Source: a virus
Taxonomy: Duplodnaviria > Caudoviricetes
Direction: 5' to 3' (one strand)
Virus record (IMG/VR): IMGVR_UViG_3300025864_000016
Coordinates: 1 to 62,459 of that record
DNA length: 62,459 bases
The notes below the pieces were generated by a model. It was not told the origin of the DNA. It searched no databases and was given only the letters and a program-made list of their open reading frames with translations. Within the stretch, counting starts at the first letter, position 1; each line of letters begins with the position of its first letter. A program made the position numbers and the translations under genes. This document shows positions 39,839 to 48,877 of the stretch, in pieces.

Positions 39839-39986
39839 TGTCCTTCTCCTTCCCCGTGTATCATCAGATCAAGCCGGTCAGCAAACAAGCTGCAGGCGGC
39901 GGCTATATCGAGTAGCAGGTTTACTGCAAGCTCGTATAACCAAGTTGTGTTTACTTCTGCTACGTTATAGCAGGCGATTAGGTTTC

Positions 39987-40755
39987 TCATGCTATTACCT
40001 CTTTCTGTTTGCGTGGTGCGATAACAGCCACTACCATGCCATCCATTGACCAAGTGAGGAAACAAGCGCGTTTCCCATCATCATTGATGTAGGTTACATT
40101 CGAGGAAACCTTGCAGCCTGCGTGCCATAGCGCGTCTATTTCTGCAGGTGTCAGATATTCCGCGCGGCGATCCGTATAACCGTTATGGTAAAATACAGAC
40201 TCCGACCAGTTCTTTGCACCTTCTGTGCTTAGCGTCAATTTCTCTATTAACATAGTTACCTTCCTTCCTTCCGATATGCCACCCGTGGTAGCATATAGCA
40301 GGGAAGGCCTTCCATGGCAGATTGTGTGCTAACCAGCGGCATCAATAGCGGCATGGTAGACTATCAACGCGGCATTGCAGCGGCGTACCTTGGCATTGTA
40401 CGCAGCGTTGAGCGCTACGTTATCGCCGGGTACTGACAGGTCAATCGTTTCGCGCTCAATCGCCGCGGCATAATCGCACGCGGCAATATAGACATTGCAC
40501 GCAGATTGGTGTAGGTCAGCTCTTGTTATTACTTGTGTCATCATCATCTCCTTGTAATTCGCAGTGTGGAGGATACCACTATATAGACAAGCGCGCGTCA
40601 GGACACGGCACCACGCAGGTGTCCTTGTCGTAGTCAGACAATGCCCGGCGATAATTCGGGCAGGTGCTACAACCAACGATACAACGATACAACTCATACG
40701 CGACCGCGTGCGGTATCGGCGCCGGGTGTGTTTGCGGGTACTGATCTTCTCTCAT
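39987..40755 (-). CDS. Small early genes (39987-40253, 40329-40541, 40579-40755)
   Basis: Each has an AGGA/GGAG-type RBS. Confidence 0.55.
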
Positions 40756-40800
40756 GATATCCTCCCTTTCCTCGTGCACAGGATTGTGCTTACAAGGTCT

Positions 40801-40836
40801 ATTATACAGATAGCGGATTAGCCTGTCAAGTAAGTA
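40801..40836 (-). promoter_or_regulatory. Strong leftward early promoter
   Basis: TACTTAC-TTGACA-17-TATAAT (perfect consensus). Confidence 0.85.
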
Positions 40837-41448
40837 GTAGGAATATGATGTAGTATTTATCACACAATTGCAAAGTATTTTCCGAGGTAGCAATATGCAA
40901 GGATAAGATCATCATCATCATCATGCTGGTAGCAGGGAATTCACCCCGTCAATTCAACAGATAGGCGCAAAAGGTGTAAATCAAATTGACTCATATGTGA
41001 AAACAAGGCAAAAACACGGCATTGTCAAGCTAATACAGGGATATGACTAGTGGCAGAATAGCACTTGTGGCTTAGAAGGCCTTGCAGGTACCAACAAACG
41101 CATTTCCTGCAGCATGGTAGTGTAACTCATTTTCAACAGGGTAGCATTAACAGGGTATCATATAACGCAGCTGGTAGCTGGTAGCGTAACTCCCGATATC
41201 GCAGGTAGCAGGAGCTGGCAAAGAGCAGTCAAACAGCGGTTTGCATAGCGACGAATAGCAAACAAAGCGACGGCAACGAATACAAACAGACAGACGCGAA
41301 AAGATGTTCGTGAAAAACGGTTTATTTATTAACGATTCGAACGCGCGAAACGAAGTTACCACCTTGCCTAACATTTTTTTCAATTTTTCGCAAAACCAAC
41401 TTTTGTGATAGCACCTATTTGCCTTAAAAATTTTTTTAGATTTTTAAC

Positions 41449-41477
41449 TTGACAAACAAACTTCTTTCTGTTATGAT
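41449..41477 (+). promoter_or_regulatory. Rightward promoter with an AT-rich UP region
   Basis: TTGACA-17-TATGAT with extended TG. Confidence 0.8.
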
Positions 41478-41497
41478 TCAATCGAAAGGGGGTGGAT

Positions 41498-41965
41498 ATG
41501 TGTAATCCATTAAAGAGACTGTTCACTGGTTGTAAGCAAAAACTTGGGTTTAACAGCTACGTCGCAAATGTCATCAGTGATAACTACAAGCAAGGCTTAA
41601 AAATCAAGTCGCTTGAGCATGACGTAACAACACTGCTTGCTGAGATAAAATCATTAAATGCTGATTTTCGAGAATGTGGTATTACTTCTTTGCGCGAGAG
41701 TGCTGACCGCTATCGCAACAAGTGCATGGAAATGGAACGTGCTTGCAAAGCTGGTACTTGTGAACGCATTACTCAATTGCAGGAGCGTTACGATACTTGT
41801 TCCACCCGACTGCGTGATGCAGAAGGGAAGCTAAAGGCTCCAGAAACCGAGTATGACAAAATCGAAGAGCTTACGGGTAACGAAATGGCGTGTGGTAATT
41901 CGGAAGTTATGGAATACATTGATGGCCTGCGCGAGAAATTGCTAAAGGCGGGTATTCCTGTATAA
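41498..41965 (+). CDS. Coiled-coil hypothetical protein
   Basis: RBS GGGGG; follows the promoter. Confidence 0.6.
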   Translation: MCNPLKRLFTGCKQKLGFNSYVANVISDNYKQGLKIKSLEHDVTTLLAEIKSLNADFRECGITSLRESADRYRNKCMEMERACKAGTCERITQLQERYDTCSTRLRDAEGKLKAPETEYDKIEELTGNEMACGNSEVMEYIDGLREKLLKAGIPV

Positions 41966-42124
41966 ATACCCATTTCGCGTCAGGGTTGATTGTAAGCCCC
42001 AAGTTTCCGGTGGTTAGGCAATTCCTCTACTTCGGGTAACTTGTGGCGTGGCGGGCCTATTCTGTTGAATTGCGGGGGTATCCTGCACAGAGTTTGGATT
42101 GTATTATCCTTAAGGGGGATGATT

Positions 42125-42730
42125 ATGGCGAAATTAGAAAAAGAAGTGCCGTCGATTTTTGTCGGTTCACTTGAGGACTTCTTAAGCCTGATGAAGAGCG
42201 GTTTCAAGGACGTTGGCACAGAAGCCGACTTCCAGAAAGCCTGCGAAGTTGACGCAGATAGAATGTGCGATGAGTGTCTTTGTTGCAGTTGTTCCGAGAA
42301 GAGTATGTTAGAGTGCTGCAGAAATATATGCTTGGAGTGCGCAAAGCACACGGCCAGTTCTACAGAACATTGCACAAACTATAAACATATAGCCTGCGAC
42401 GAGTCTGAGGATGACGAACGTTGCATTGCTTGCGGCAACCTGCTTCCGGCCAGCGCGGAGACCTCGTACTGCTATATTTGCGTAAAGAACGGTGTGCGCG
42501 ACCGTATGGAGGCGCTTTACTGCGACAACGCGAAACTCGGTTCGCAACTTGAGATGGCAAACGCGAGGGTGAAAGAGTTGATGGGCGGACTTGATTGGGC
42601 AAGTAATTTGCTTGAGGACGCGGAAGCGATAATGGACAAACTCACTGCTAAAATCGAGAAACGAGATACTAAAATAGCAAAGCTTAAGAAGCGTCTTCGT
42701 GGGCAAGCGCCTACGGAGGTTGCGCTATGA
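42125..42730 (+). CDS. Cys-rich protein with C-terminal coiled coil
   Basis: Multiple CxxC motifs. Confidence 0.65.
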   Translation: MAKLEKEVPSIFVGSLEDFLSLMKSGFKDVGTEADFQKACEVDADRMCDECLCCSCSEKSMLECCRNICLECAKHTASSTEHCTNYKHIACDESEDDERCIACGNLLPASAETSYCYICVKNGVRDRMEALYCDNAKLGSQLEMANARVKELMGGLDWASNLLEDAEAIMDKLTAKIEKRDTKIAKLKKRLRGQAPTEVAL

Positions 42731-42963
42731 AGCTAACATCCGCATCAGTTACTCCCGGAGAATGGCAGTACCCAGGGGACGTGTCGTTTACTTTAGAAGT
42801 GGATAACCAAGAAGAAGCAGACGTAGCGAACGACCCGTCATTCCAGCAATTCGTTTGCGAAAAGATTATCGAGTTGTACAAAGCTGATTTGGATAAACAT
42901 TTCGGCAAAGGCAGTTTTACTAATCCAGATAAGCCATCATGGGATGGCTATCAGTGTAATTAG
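42727..42963 (+). CDS. Hypothetical protein
   Basis: ATGA coupling; RBS GGAGG. Confidence 0.6.
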   Translation: MKLTSASVTPGEWQYPGDVSFTLEVDNQEEADVANDPSFQQFVCEKIIELYKADLDKHFGKGSFTNPDKPSWDGYQCN

Positions 42964-43060
42964 GGTGTCCGCTGTGTGCGGTCGGGTTTTGTCGCACCCG
43001 TCAAAAGCGAACGTCAGCCTCATGTGCCAAGTGTACAAGGAGATCGGGCGGGGTAGGTAC

Positions 43061-43089
43061 TTGACAAGTGCCCCGACTGCAGTTACAAT
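43061..43089 (+). promoter_or_regulatory. sigma70 promoter for the RNA locus
   Basis: TTGACA-17-TACAAT. Confidence 0.75.
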
Positions 43090-43094
43090 GTCGA

Positions 43095-43513
43095 TGTGGA
43101 TGAACGACGTGAAGCGGGGCGTAGCCCCAATGACACTGTCCTCCACAATTAGCGTGAGCGGGAACAGCTGCTGCGGTGCGCCGTATAGCACACGTTCTCA
43201 CTCACTGCCTGCTTTAGCACCGGAAACGATGGGCAGGCGAAAAGGTTTACCGTGTAGGTTTCAGTGACATCAATGTCACCAGATGGTTGGTGTAAGATTG
43301 CACGACACGGTAAACTTCTAAGGTTTTGGTAGCTGTGCCCGCCTGGCGAAACAACTACATAACATGCTTGGGGTCAGCGGTCAGTAACCGCGCCCGCCAG
43401 TGCGGGTGGTTCCTTGGGAACCTGCGGTGAAACTCCGCGCCCCTCGCCTCAAGTTTATTATCGAGGGGTAAAGGGTTCGGCCTGAGCTTCGGCCCCCGAA
43501 TCAAACACCCCTC
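43095..43513 (+). ncRNA. Candidate large structured ncRNA, or array of structured RNAs
   Basis: At least seven consecutive stem domains, including a perfect 11-bp helix 43245-43255/43305-43315 and a cloverleaf at 43370-43443. Confidence 0.65.
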
Positions 43514-43522
43514 AAAAGTTTC

Positions 43523-43599
43523 GCATCTGTAGCTCAGCCCGGTAGAGCGTCGCGGTGAAAACGCGTAGGTCGCAGGTTCGATTCCTGCTGGATGCACCA
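43523..43599 (+). tRNA. tRNA-Phe (GAA)
   Basis: GCATCTG acceptor, TAGCTCAG..GGTAGAGC D arm, GAA anticodon, GGTTCGATTCC T arm, encoded CCA. Confidence 0.88.
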
Positions 43600-43602
43600 A
43601 AA

Positions 43603-43690
43603 TTGACAATCCAACACATCCGTGTTATTGTCTAGCCAGCATAGGCCCGCCACCTCTGACATAAGTGCAAATAGCGGGTCTCTTTCTTTT
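43603..43690 (+). promoter_or_regulatory. Promoter plus terminator-like hairpin in the MTase leader
   Basis: TTGACA-17-TATTGT; GGCCCGC...GCGGGTC followed by TCTTTCTTTT. Confidence 0.55.
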
Positions 43691-43741
43691 CAATCGCGCC
43701 ACAGACACGCCAAACGCGCCAACTTTCTGAGGGGGAAGCGC

Positions 43742-44479
43742 ATGGAACTGAACCAGATTTACCACGGGGACTGCCTCGAACTAATGGCGGGTATACCGGA
43801 CGGTAGCGTTGATATGGTGCTTTGTGACCTCCCTTACGGAACTACCGCTTGCAAGTGGGATACCATCATACCGTTTGAGCCTCTCTGGGCGCACTACAAG
43901 CGCGTGATTAAGAAGAACGGGGCAATTGTGCTGACCGCAAGCCAGCCGTTCACAACAGAACTTATCGCAAGCAACTTCTCAATGTTCAAGTATGAATTAA
44001 TATGGGATAAGGGACGCGGGTTTGAACCACAATTAGCAAATATCCGACCGATGAAATCACACGAAAACATTATCGTATTTGGGCAAGGAAAACTTTTTTA
44101 TAATCCTCAAAAAACCCCGTGTGAACCATATACGATGAACCGCAAATCTTTGAACAAAAAAGATGGGGAAGGGCAAAATATTTTTGCATCTAAACCGCAA
44201 AGTAAAACCTATAATGAAAAGTTTCCTGTTTCCATACTTCGTGCTGGTTTTGAGCGCGGACTTCACCCAACCCAGAAGCCCGTCGCCCTGTTTGAATACC
44301 TGATTAGAACCTACACAAACGAAGGCGAAACGGTTTTGGATAATTGTTTGGGGTCAGGGACTACGGCGATAGCGGCAATTCGCACGGGGCGCAACTTTAT
44401 CGGTATGGAAAAAGACGATAAATACCACGCTATTGCCTGCGAGCGCGTCAGGCAGGAGCTTGAGCAACAGACACTTTAA
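43742..44479 (+). CDS. DNA N6-adenine/N4-cytosine methyltransferase (beta class)
   Basis: DLPYG, HPTQKP and DNCLGSGTT. Confidence 0.93.
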   Translation: MELNQIYHGDCLELMAGIPDGSVDMVLCDLPYGTTACKWDTIIPFEPLWAHYKRVIKKNGAIVLTASQPFTTELIASNFSMFKYELIWDKGRGFEPQLANIRPMKSHENIIVFGQGKLFYNPQKTPCEPYTMNRKSLNKKDGEGQNIFASKPQSKTYNEKFPVSILRAGFERGLHPTQKPVALFEYLIRTYTNEGETVLDNCLGSGTTAIAAIRTGRNFIGMEKDDKYHAIACERVRQELEQQTL

Positions 44480-44488
44480 GGGGACACT

Positions 44489-44800
44489 ATGCCTTATACC
44501 CGCAAAGAATACGACAAACTGATTGCGAACCTCAGTACCCTCGCGCTGGTAACAGGTGCGACTGCGGTTAGTGAGGAACTCCTGTTTGCTGCTACACAGT
44601 TGTCGCTGCACGCCCCGTTTAAGACGCCCGAAGAAGTGGCGCATTATGCCTTCAACCATAGAAGCAAGGGGGAAGCAGACGTGTATAGTCCTTACTACAA
44701 CGATGTTGTAATACCGGCATTTGCTGTCATCTCGCGTGAGATCGACGCCTGCTACCCGACGTTCGCGACCGACTGCCAGGATAACCTGCACTTCACTTGA
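44489..44800 (+). CDS. Hypothetical protein
   Basis: RBS AAGGG. Confidence 0.6.
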   Translation: MPYTRKEYDKLIANLSTLALVTGATAVSEELLFAATQLSLHAPFKTPEEVAHYAFNHRSKGEADVYSPYYNDVVIPAFAVISREIDACYPTFATDCQDNLHFT

Positions 44801-44846
44801 CAAACTTCACCTCCTGATTTATTATTAGCGAAAGGGGGAAGAATTT

Positions 44847-45224
44847 ATGGCAAAGAAACTGAAATGTTCCGACGTGTTCGACGTGCCGACCGCAACCGTG
44901 AGACGCGCATTGCAGGATGCACCTGCTGCTAACTACGTTTTCCAAGAGGGTACGCAGATAGAACCGACGACAGCACCTATTATCTCGGTTTATCCGCATA
45001 GCGATTCTATCACCAGCAGTATTCCCATAGGCTCCGCCGTGAACCTTGGGGACTACAAGTGGCCGACGCTGCCGAAGGAAATGCCCGAAGGCGTGACGCG
45101 CAGGGAGATAGAAGTCGTACCAAGCTGGACGGCCATACGAGAAGCTATTGCAAAGATTGACGCCCTCGAAGCCCGTGTGACCGACCTCGAAAGGGCGCAG
45201 AAGGCACACGCGGTATACAAATAG
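44847..45224 (+). CDS. Hypothetical protein
   Basis: Own promoter TTGACA-17-TATTAT at 44797-44825. Confidence 0.6.
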   Translation: MAKKLKCSDVFDVPTATVRRALQDAPAANYVFQEGTQIEPTTAPIISVYPHSDSITSSIPIGSAVNLGDYKWPTLPKEMPEGVTRREIEVVPSWTAIREAIAKIDALEARVTDLERAQKAHAVYK

Positions 45225-45308
45225 GCCAGTATGTGCTATAATAAAATAGAAATGCCCCAGACATCGCGAAATGCCGGGGCGGTATGCAACCTGTAAAGGA
45301 GGAAGCAC
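45214..45308 (+). promoter_or_regulatory. Promoter and conserved hairpin leader of HNH-like copy 5
   Basis: TGcTATAAT 45234-45242; GCCCC...GGGGC 45254-45280; GGTATGCAACC; AGGAGG. Confidence 0.8.
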
Positions 45309-45995
45309 TTGAAAAGTATAACACGAGTCAAAGACGGAGTCAACTACAGCGTCCCAAACATTCCCATTGGAATGAAGTGGGGCAGGCTTACAGTGCAACA
45401 TCATGCACCAGAAAAGGTCAAAGGGCGATTGCGACATTTCTACATTTGCATTTGCGAGTGTGGAAAGACATGTCGTGTGGTCGGGGAATGTTTGATTTCT
45501 GGTCATACGATTTCATGCGGATGTTATCATGACGAAGTAAGGCTTGTTTGCACAACGACGCATGGCGACAGTCGGCCAGGCAGTAAGTACAAAAGACTAT
45601 TTGAGAGCTGGGGGGATATGATCCGGCGCTGCGAAAAAGAAAAGCGTAAGGATTATCACCATTACGGTGGTAGGGGAATTTTTGTCTGTAATGAGTGGAA
45701 AGATTATCAGACATTTAAAGATTGGGCACTGGCTAATGGGTATAATGAAAAACTATCGCTAGATAGAATTAACAACGACCTAGGCTATAGCCCAAGTAAT
45801 TGCAAATATTCAACAGCAAAACAACAGGCTAGAAATAGGCGTAACAATTATTTACTAACCGCTTTCGATGAAACTAAAAGTATCGCAGAGTGGGTAGAAG
45901 ATAGCCGATGTAGTGTAAACTACAGCACTGTACATGCCAGAGCGACAAGGCTCAAATGGCCCCACGAAAAAGCAATTACGGAACCCGGAAGGTAA
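45309..45995 (+). CDS. HNH-like protein, copy 5 (TTG start)
   Basis: LSLDRINNDLGYSPSNCKYST. Confidence 0.85.
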   Translation: MKSITRVKDGVNYSVPNIPIGMKWGRLTVQHHAPEKVKGRLRHFYICICECGKTCRVVGECLISGHTISCGCYHDEVRLVCTTTHGDSRPGSKYKRLFESWGDMIRRCEKEKRKDYHHYGGRGIFVCNEWKDYQTFKDWALANGYNEKLSLDRINNDLGYSPSNCKYSTAKQQARNRRNNYLLTAFDETKSIAEWVEDSRCSVNYSTVHARATRLKWPHEKAITEPGR

Positions 45996-46020
45996 CTAAT
46001 TGCTCTATCATAAAAACCGA

Positions 46021-46051
46021 AAGACTCTCCTGTAAAGGGGGAGTCTTTTTT
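46021..46051 (+). terminator. Cassette terminator
   Basis: AAGACTCTCC...GGGGAGTCTT followed by a T run. Confidence 0.85.
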
Positions 46052-46070
46052 ATACCGCAAAGGTGGCGCG

Positions 46071-47495
46071 ATGCTAAAAAACGTACCAAAGGGAACGCGA
46101 TCCGCCTTCGATGTATGCGTGGCAGATCTGATCAATGACCTCATCATGGAACCCGATAAGGGTTTAGAGCGATACAGGAATGACCCCGTCGGATTCGTGC
46201 GCGAAGTGCTAAATGAAGACCCGTGGGAGAAGCAAGAGGAAGTGTTAGAAGCCGTTAGGGACAATCGACGCGTGACGGTCAGAAGTTGTCACGGGGTGGG
46301 CAAGACAAAATGCGCTTCGTGGGTTGCTTTGTGGTTCTTACTAACACACCCCGATAGCTGCGTGATCAGTACTGCACCGACGTGGCAACAGGTTGAGCAA
46401 CTTTTGTGGAGAGAGATTAGGAATAGTCATGCAAAAAGTAAAATCCCCTTGCCTGGGCAACCATTAACAACAAAGTACGAAATCAATGATAAATGGTTCG
46501 CTTTGGGGCTATCAACAGACAAACCTGAGCGTTTCCAGGGTTTCCATTCTTCCAGTGGAGACATTCTCCTAATCTGCGACGAGGCATCAGGTATTGACCA
46601 AGCCATATATGACGCGGCAGAAGGGTTTCTCGCGAGTGCTGGTGCAAGAATATTGTTAATAGGAAACCCCACACAGATGTCGGGCGAATTTTATTCGAGT
46701 TTTAAAACGTCTATCTATCACAAAATTCATATTTCTGCCTTTGATTCCCCTAATCTTACTCATGGGCAGGTTGTCAGAAAGTACCTCATTACCAAGGAAT
46801 GGGTTGATGAGAAGCGTGTCAAATGGACTGAAGAGTCACCGCTATGGTCGTCAAGGGTACTAGGGGACTTTCCAGAGCAATCAGAAGACACCCTCATACC
46901 TTTGGCGTGGATTGAAGCAGCCATAGCGCGTTACCCAAGTACGGAACGCTCAACCAACGCTCCTTTCCTCGGTTGTGACATAGCCCGGTTTGGTTCAGAC
47001 AGTACCGTTATCTGGTCAGTTTGGGGCAATCGCGCTGAATTGTACGCGCAGATTCGCAAGCAGGACACAATGGAAGTGGCCGGTGCAATCACTAATGCCA
47101 TCAAAGAGACAAGTGCCGCATATGCGAATGTTGACGTGTGCGGGCTTGGGGCTGGTGTTTATGACCGGCTCAAGGAAATGAATCAGCCTGCCATTGACTT
47201 GAACGCGGCGGGCAAGCCTGTTGACACTGAGCGGTTCGTGAATAATAGGGCCGAGTGGTATTGGAACCTGCGAGAGCGCTTCCAATCGGGTGACATTGCA
47301 ATTCCCGACAACGAAGAGCTGGCCGCGCAACTCACTGGCCTAAAGTACAAATTTGATTCACGCGGTAGATACCTCATCGAGAGTAAAGAAGAGATGAAAA
47401 AGCGTGGGATGTCCTCACCCGACCTTGCAGATGCGCTGATGTTGGCGTTCGCTCAGCAGCGTCCCCCGCAAGAAATTGGCGCAATGCTAGTTTAA
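46071..47495 (+). CDS. terL: Terminase large subunit
   Basis: Walker A SCHGVGKT, Walker B LLICDEAS, GNP, nuclease motifs GCDIA and SPDLADA. Confidence 0.95.
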   Translation: MLKNVPKGTRSAFDVCVADLINDLIMEPDKGLERYRNDPVGFVREVLNEDPWEKQEEVLEAVRDNRRVTVRSCHGVGKTKCASWVALWFLLTHPDSCVISTAPTWQQVEQLLWREIRNSHAKSKIPLPGQPLTTKYEINDKWFALGLSTDKPERFQGFHSSSGDILLICDEASGIDQAIYDAAEGFLASAGARILLIGNPTQMSGEFYSSFKTSIYHKIHISAFDSPNLTHGQVVRKYLITKEWVDEKRVKWTEESPLWSSRVLGDFPEQSEDTLIPLAWIEAAIARYPSTERSTNAPFLGCDIARFGSDSTVIWSVWGNRAELYAQIRKQDTMEVAGAITNAIKETSAAYANVDVCGLGAGVYDRLKEMNQPAIDLNAAGKPVDTERFVNNRAEWYWNLRERFQSGDIAIPDNEELAAQLTGLKYKFDSRGRYLIESKEEMKKRGMSSPDLADALMLAFAQQRPPQEIGAMLV

Positions 47496-47506
47496 CGGAG
47501 AAACAT

Positions 47507-48877
47507 ATGCAGAAATTAACACTTGGCCAGAGGGTGAAGCAATTCCTCTTTGGCGCTACGCCGTCTCCGTTCAGCGCTTTGTGCAACGTCGGAGACCCGC
47601 TTTGGAAGACTACTGACTACATCACGGCCTCGCGTGAGGCGTACATGGCGAACTGGGTAGTGCTGTCGTGCATTCAGAAGAAAGCCGCGCCCGTGGCCGC
47701 TGTTCCTTGGTACTGTTATACACCTGAGCAGGGCGATAACGGTAAATGGTTAGAGAAGCGCGTGTCCGTTCCAGAAATTGAGGATATGTTCCTCTTTGTG
47801 AATGATAATGATAGCTGGTTGCAGTTTATAACCGCTACCATTGCCAGTCTCGACCTTGGGGGCAAGGCGTACTGGCGCAGTATTGAACCAAAACAAGAAC
47901 TTGAGTGCCTTTACGTGCATGAAACCACGCCGCGTTTTGATGATGGTCAGCGTGCGATAATTGGATACGAACACACAAGCAGTTATGGGGGTGTGCCGAC
48001 GTTCCTAAGTGCAGAAGAAGTGCGCTACATTCGCAACTGGCACCCGTTGGACAAATGGGGTGGGTTAGCCGCAATTCAAGCCGCCGCCAAGCATGTAGAT
48101 ATTGCTAATGCTGGTGCTGGCTGGAATCTAGCGTTACTGCAAAACTCCGCCCGGCCAGGTGGTATTCTCTCAACAGACGCTACCCCTACACCCGAACAAC
48201 GTGAAGACGTGTTAAAAGCAGTTGAGGCCCGTTCTGGCGCAGCCAATCAAGGCAAAAGCCTGTTTGTGTGGGGTGGTATTAAATATGACCGCGATACCAT
48301 GACTCCTACCGATATGGCGTGGGGTGAGCTGGACGTTCGTGCAGCCTTGGCTATATGCAATGTCCTAGGTGTCCCTGCGCAAAAACTGAATATTCCCGGT
48401 TCGGAACAGTACGCGAATAAGGAACAGAGCGAAGAGAGCTTTGTTACTGATAGTATATTGCCTGTTTTGACTAGGGTTCAAAGACACTTGCAGCATTGGC
48501 AAATTCCCAAGATGCTTGCTAAGCCAATGATGAGTCATTATCCGCCAAACTTACGGATAGCATTTGACACAGAAGCTATCAGCGCGTTGCAGGAAGATAG
48601 AGACGCACTTTACGCCCGCACTATCGAGGCCGTAGACAAGGGAATTATCACCCTTCAGCAGGCTTGTGACACACTCGGCTACGATTGGGATGAGATTGGC
48701 ACCCGCCTTGTGGACGGCGACCGCCAAACACTCGAAACTGTGCTGAATGAAGTCTCGCAACCAGACAAAACAGGGGCAAGCCGCGTTGTGGTAGCCCCCG
48801 GAAGTGTTCCCGATAATAATAAGCCAGCAGTAGCAGAGGAGGCAACTAATGCCACAGCAAACAATACTCAAAAATAG
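47507..48877 (+). CDS. Portal protein (HK97-like)
   Basis: GKAYW, HPLD.WGGL, QNSARPGGIL, AICNVLGVP, YANKEQ. Confidence 0.92.
   Translation: MQKLTLGQRVKQFLFGATPSPFSALCNVGDPLWKTTDYITASREAYMANWVVLSCIQKKAAPVAAVPWYCYTPEQGDNGKWLEKRVSVPEIEDMFLFVNDNDSWLQFITATIASLDLGGKAYWRSIEPKQELECLYVHETTPRFDDGQRAIIGYEHTSSYGGVPTFLSAEEVRYIRNWHPLDKWGGLAAIQAAAKHVDIANAGAGWNLALLQNSARPGGILSTDATPTPEQREDVLKAVEARSGAANQGKSLFVWGGIKYDRDTMTPTDMAWGELDVRAALAICNVLGVPAQKLNIPGSEQYANKEQSEESFVTDSILPVLTRVQRHLQHWQIPKMLAKPMMSHYPPNLRIAFDTEAISALQEDRDALYARTIEAVDKGIITLQQACDTLGYDWDEIGTRLVDGDRQTLETVLNEVSQPDKTGASRVVVAPGSVPDNNKPAVAEEATNATANNTQK

Noticed and set aside
40908-40924. (ATC)n microsatellite as a phase-variation tract
   Set aside because: It is short, non-coding and not within a promoter spacer.
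43095-43513. tmRNA, RNase P RNA or hammerhead ribozyme
   Set aside because: I could not find their diagnostic conserved sequences by eye; the region is left as an unclassified structured RNA pending an Rfam scan.
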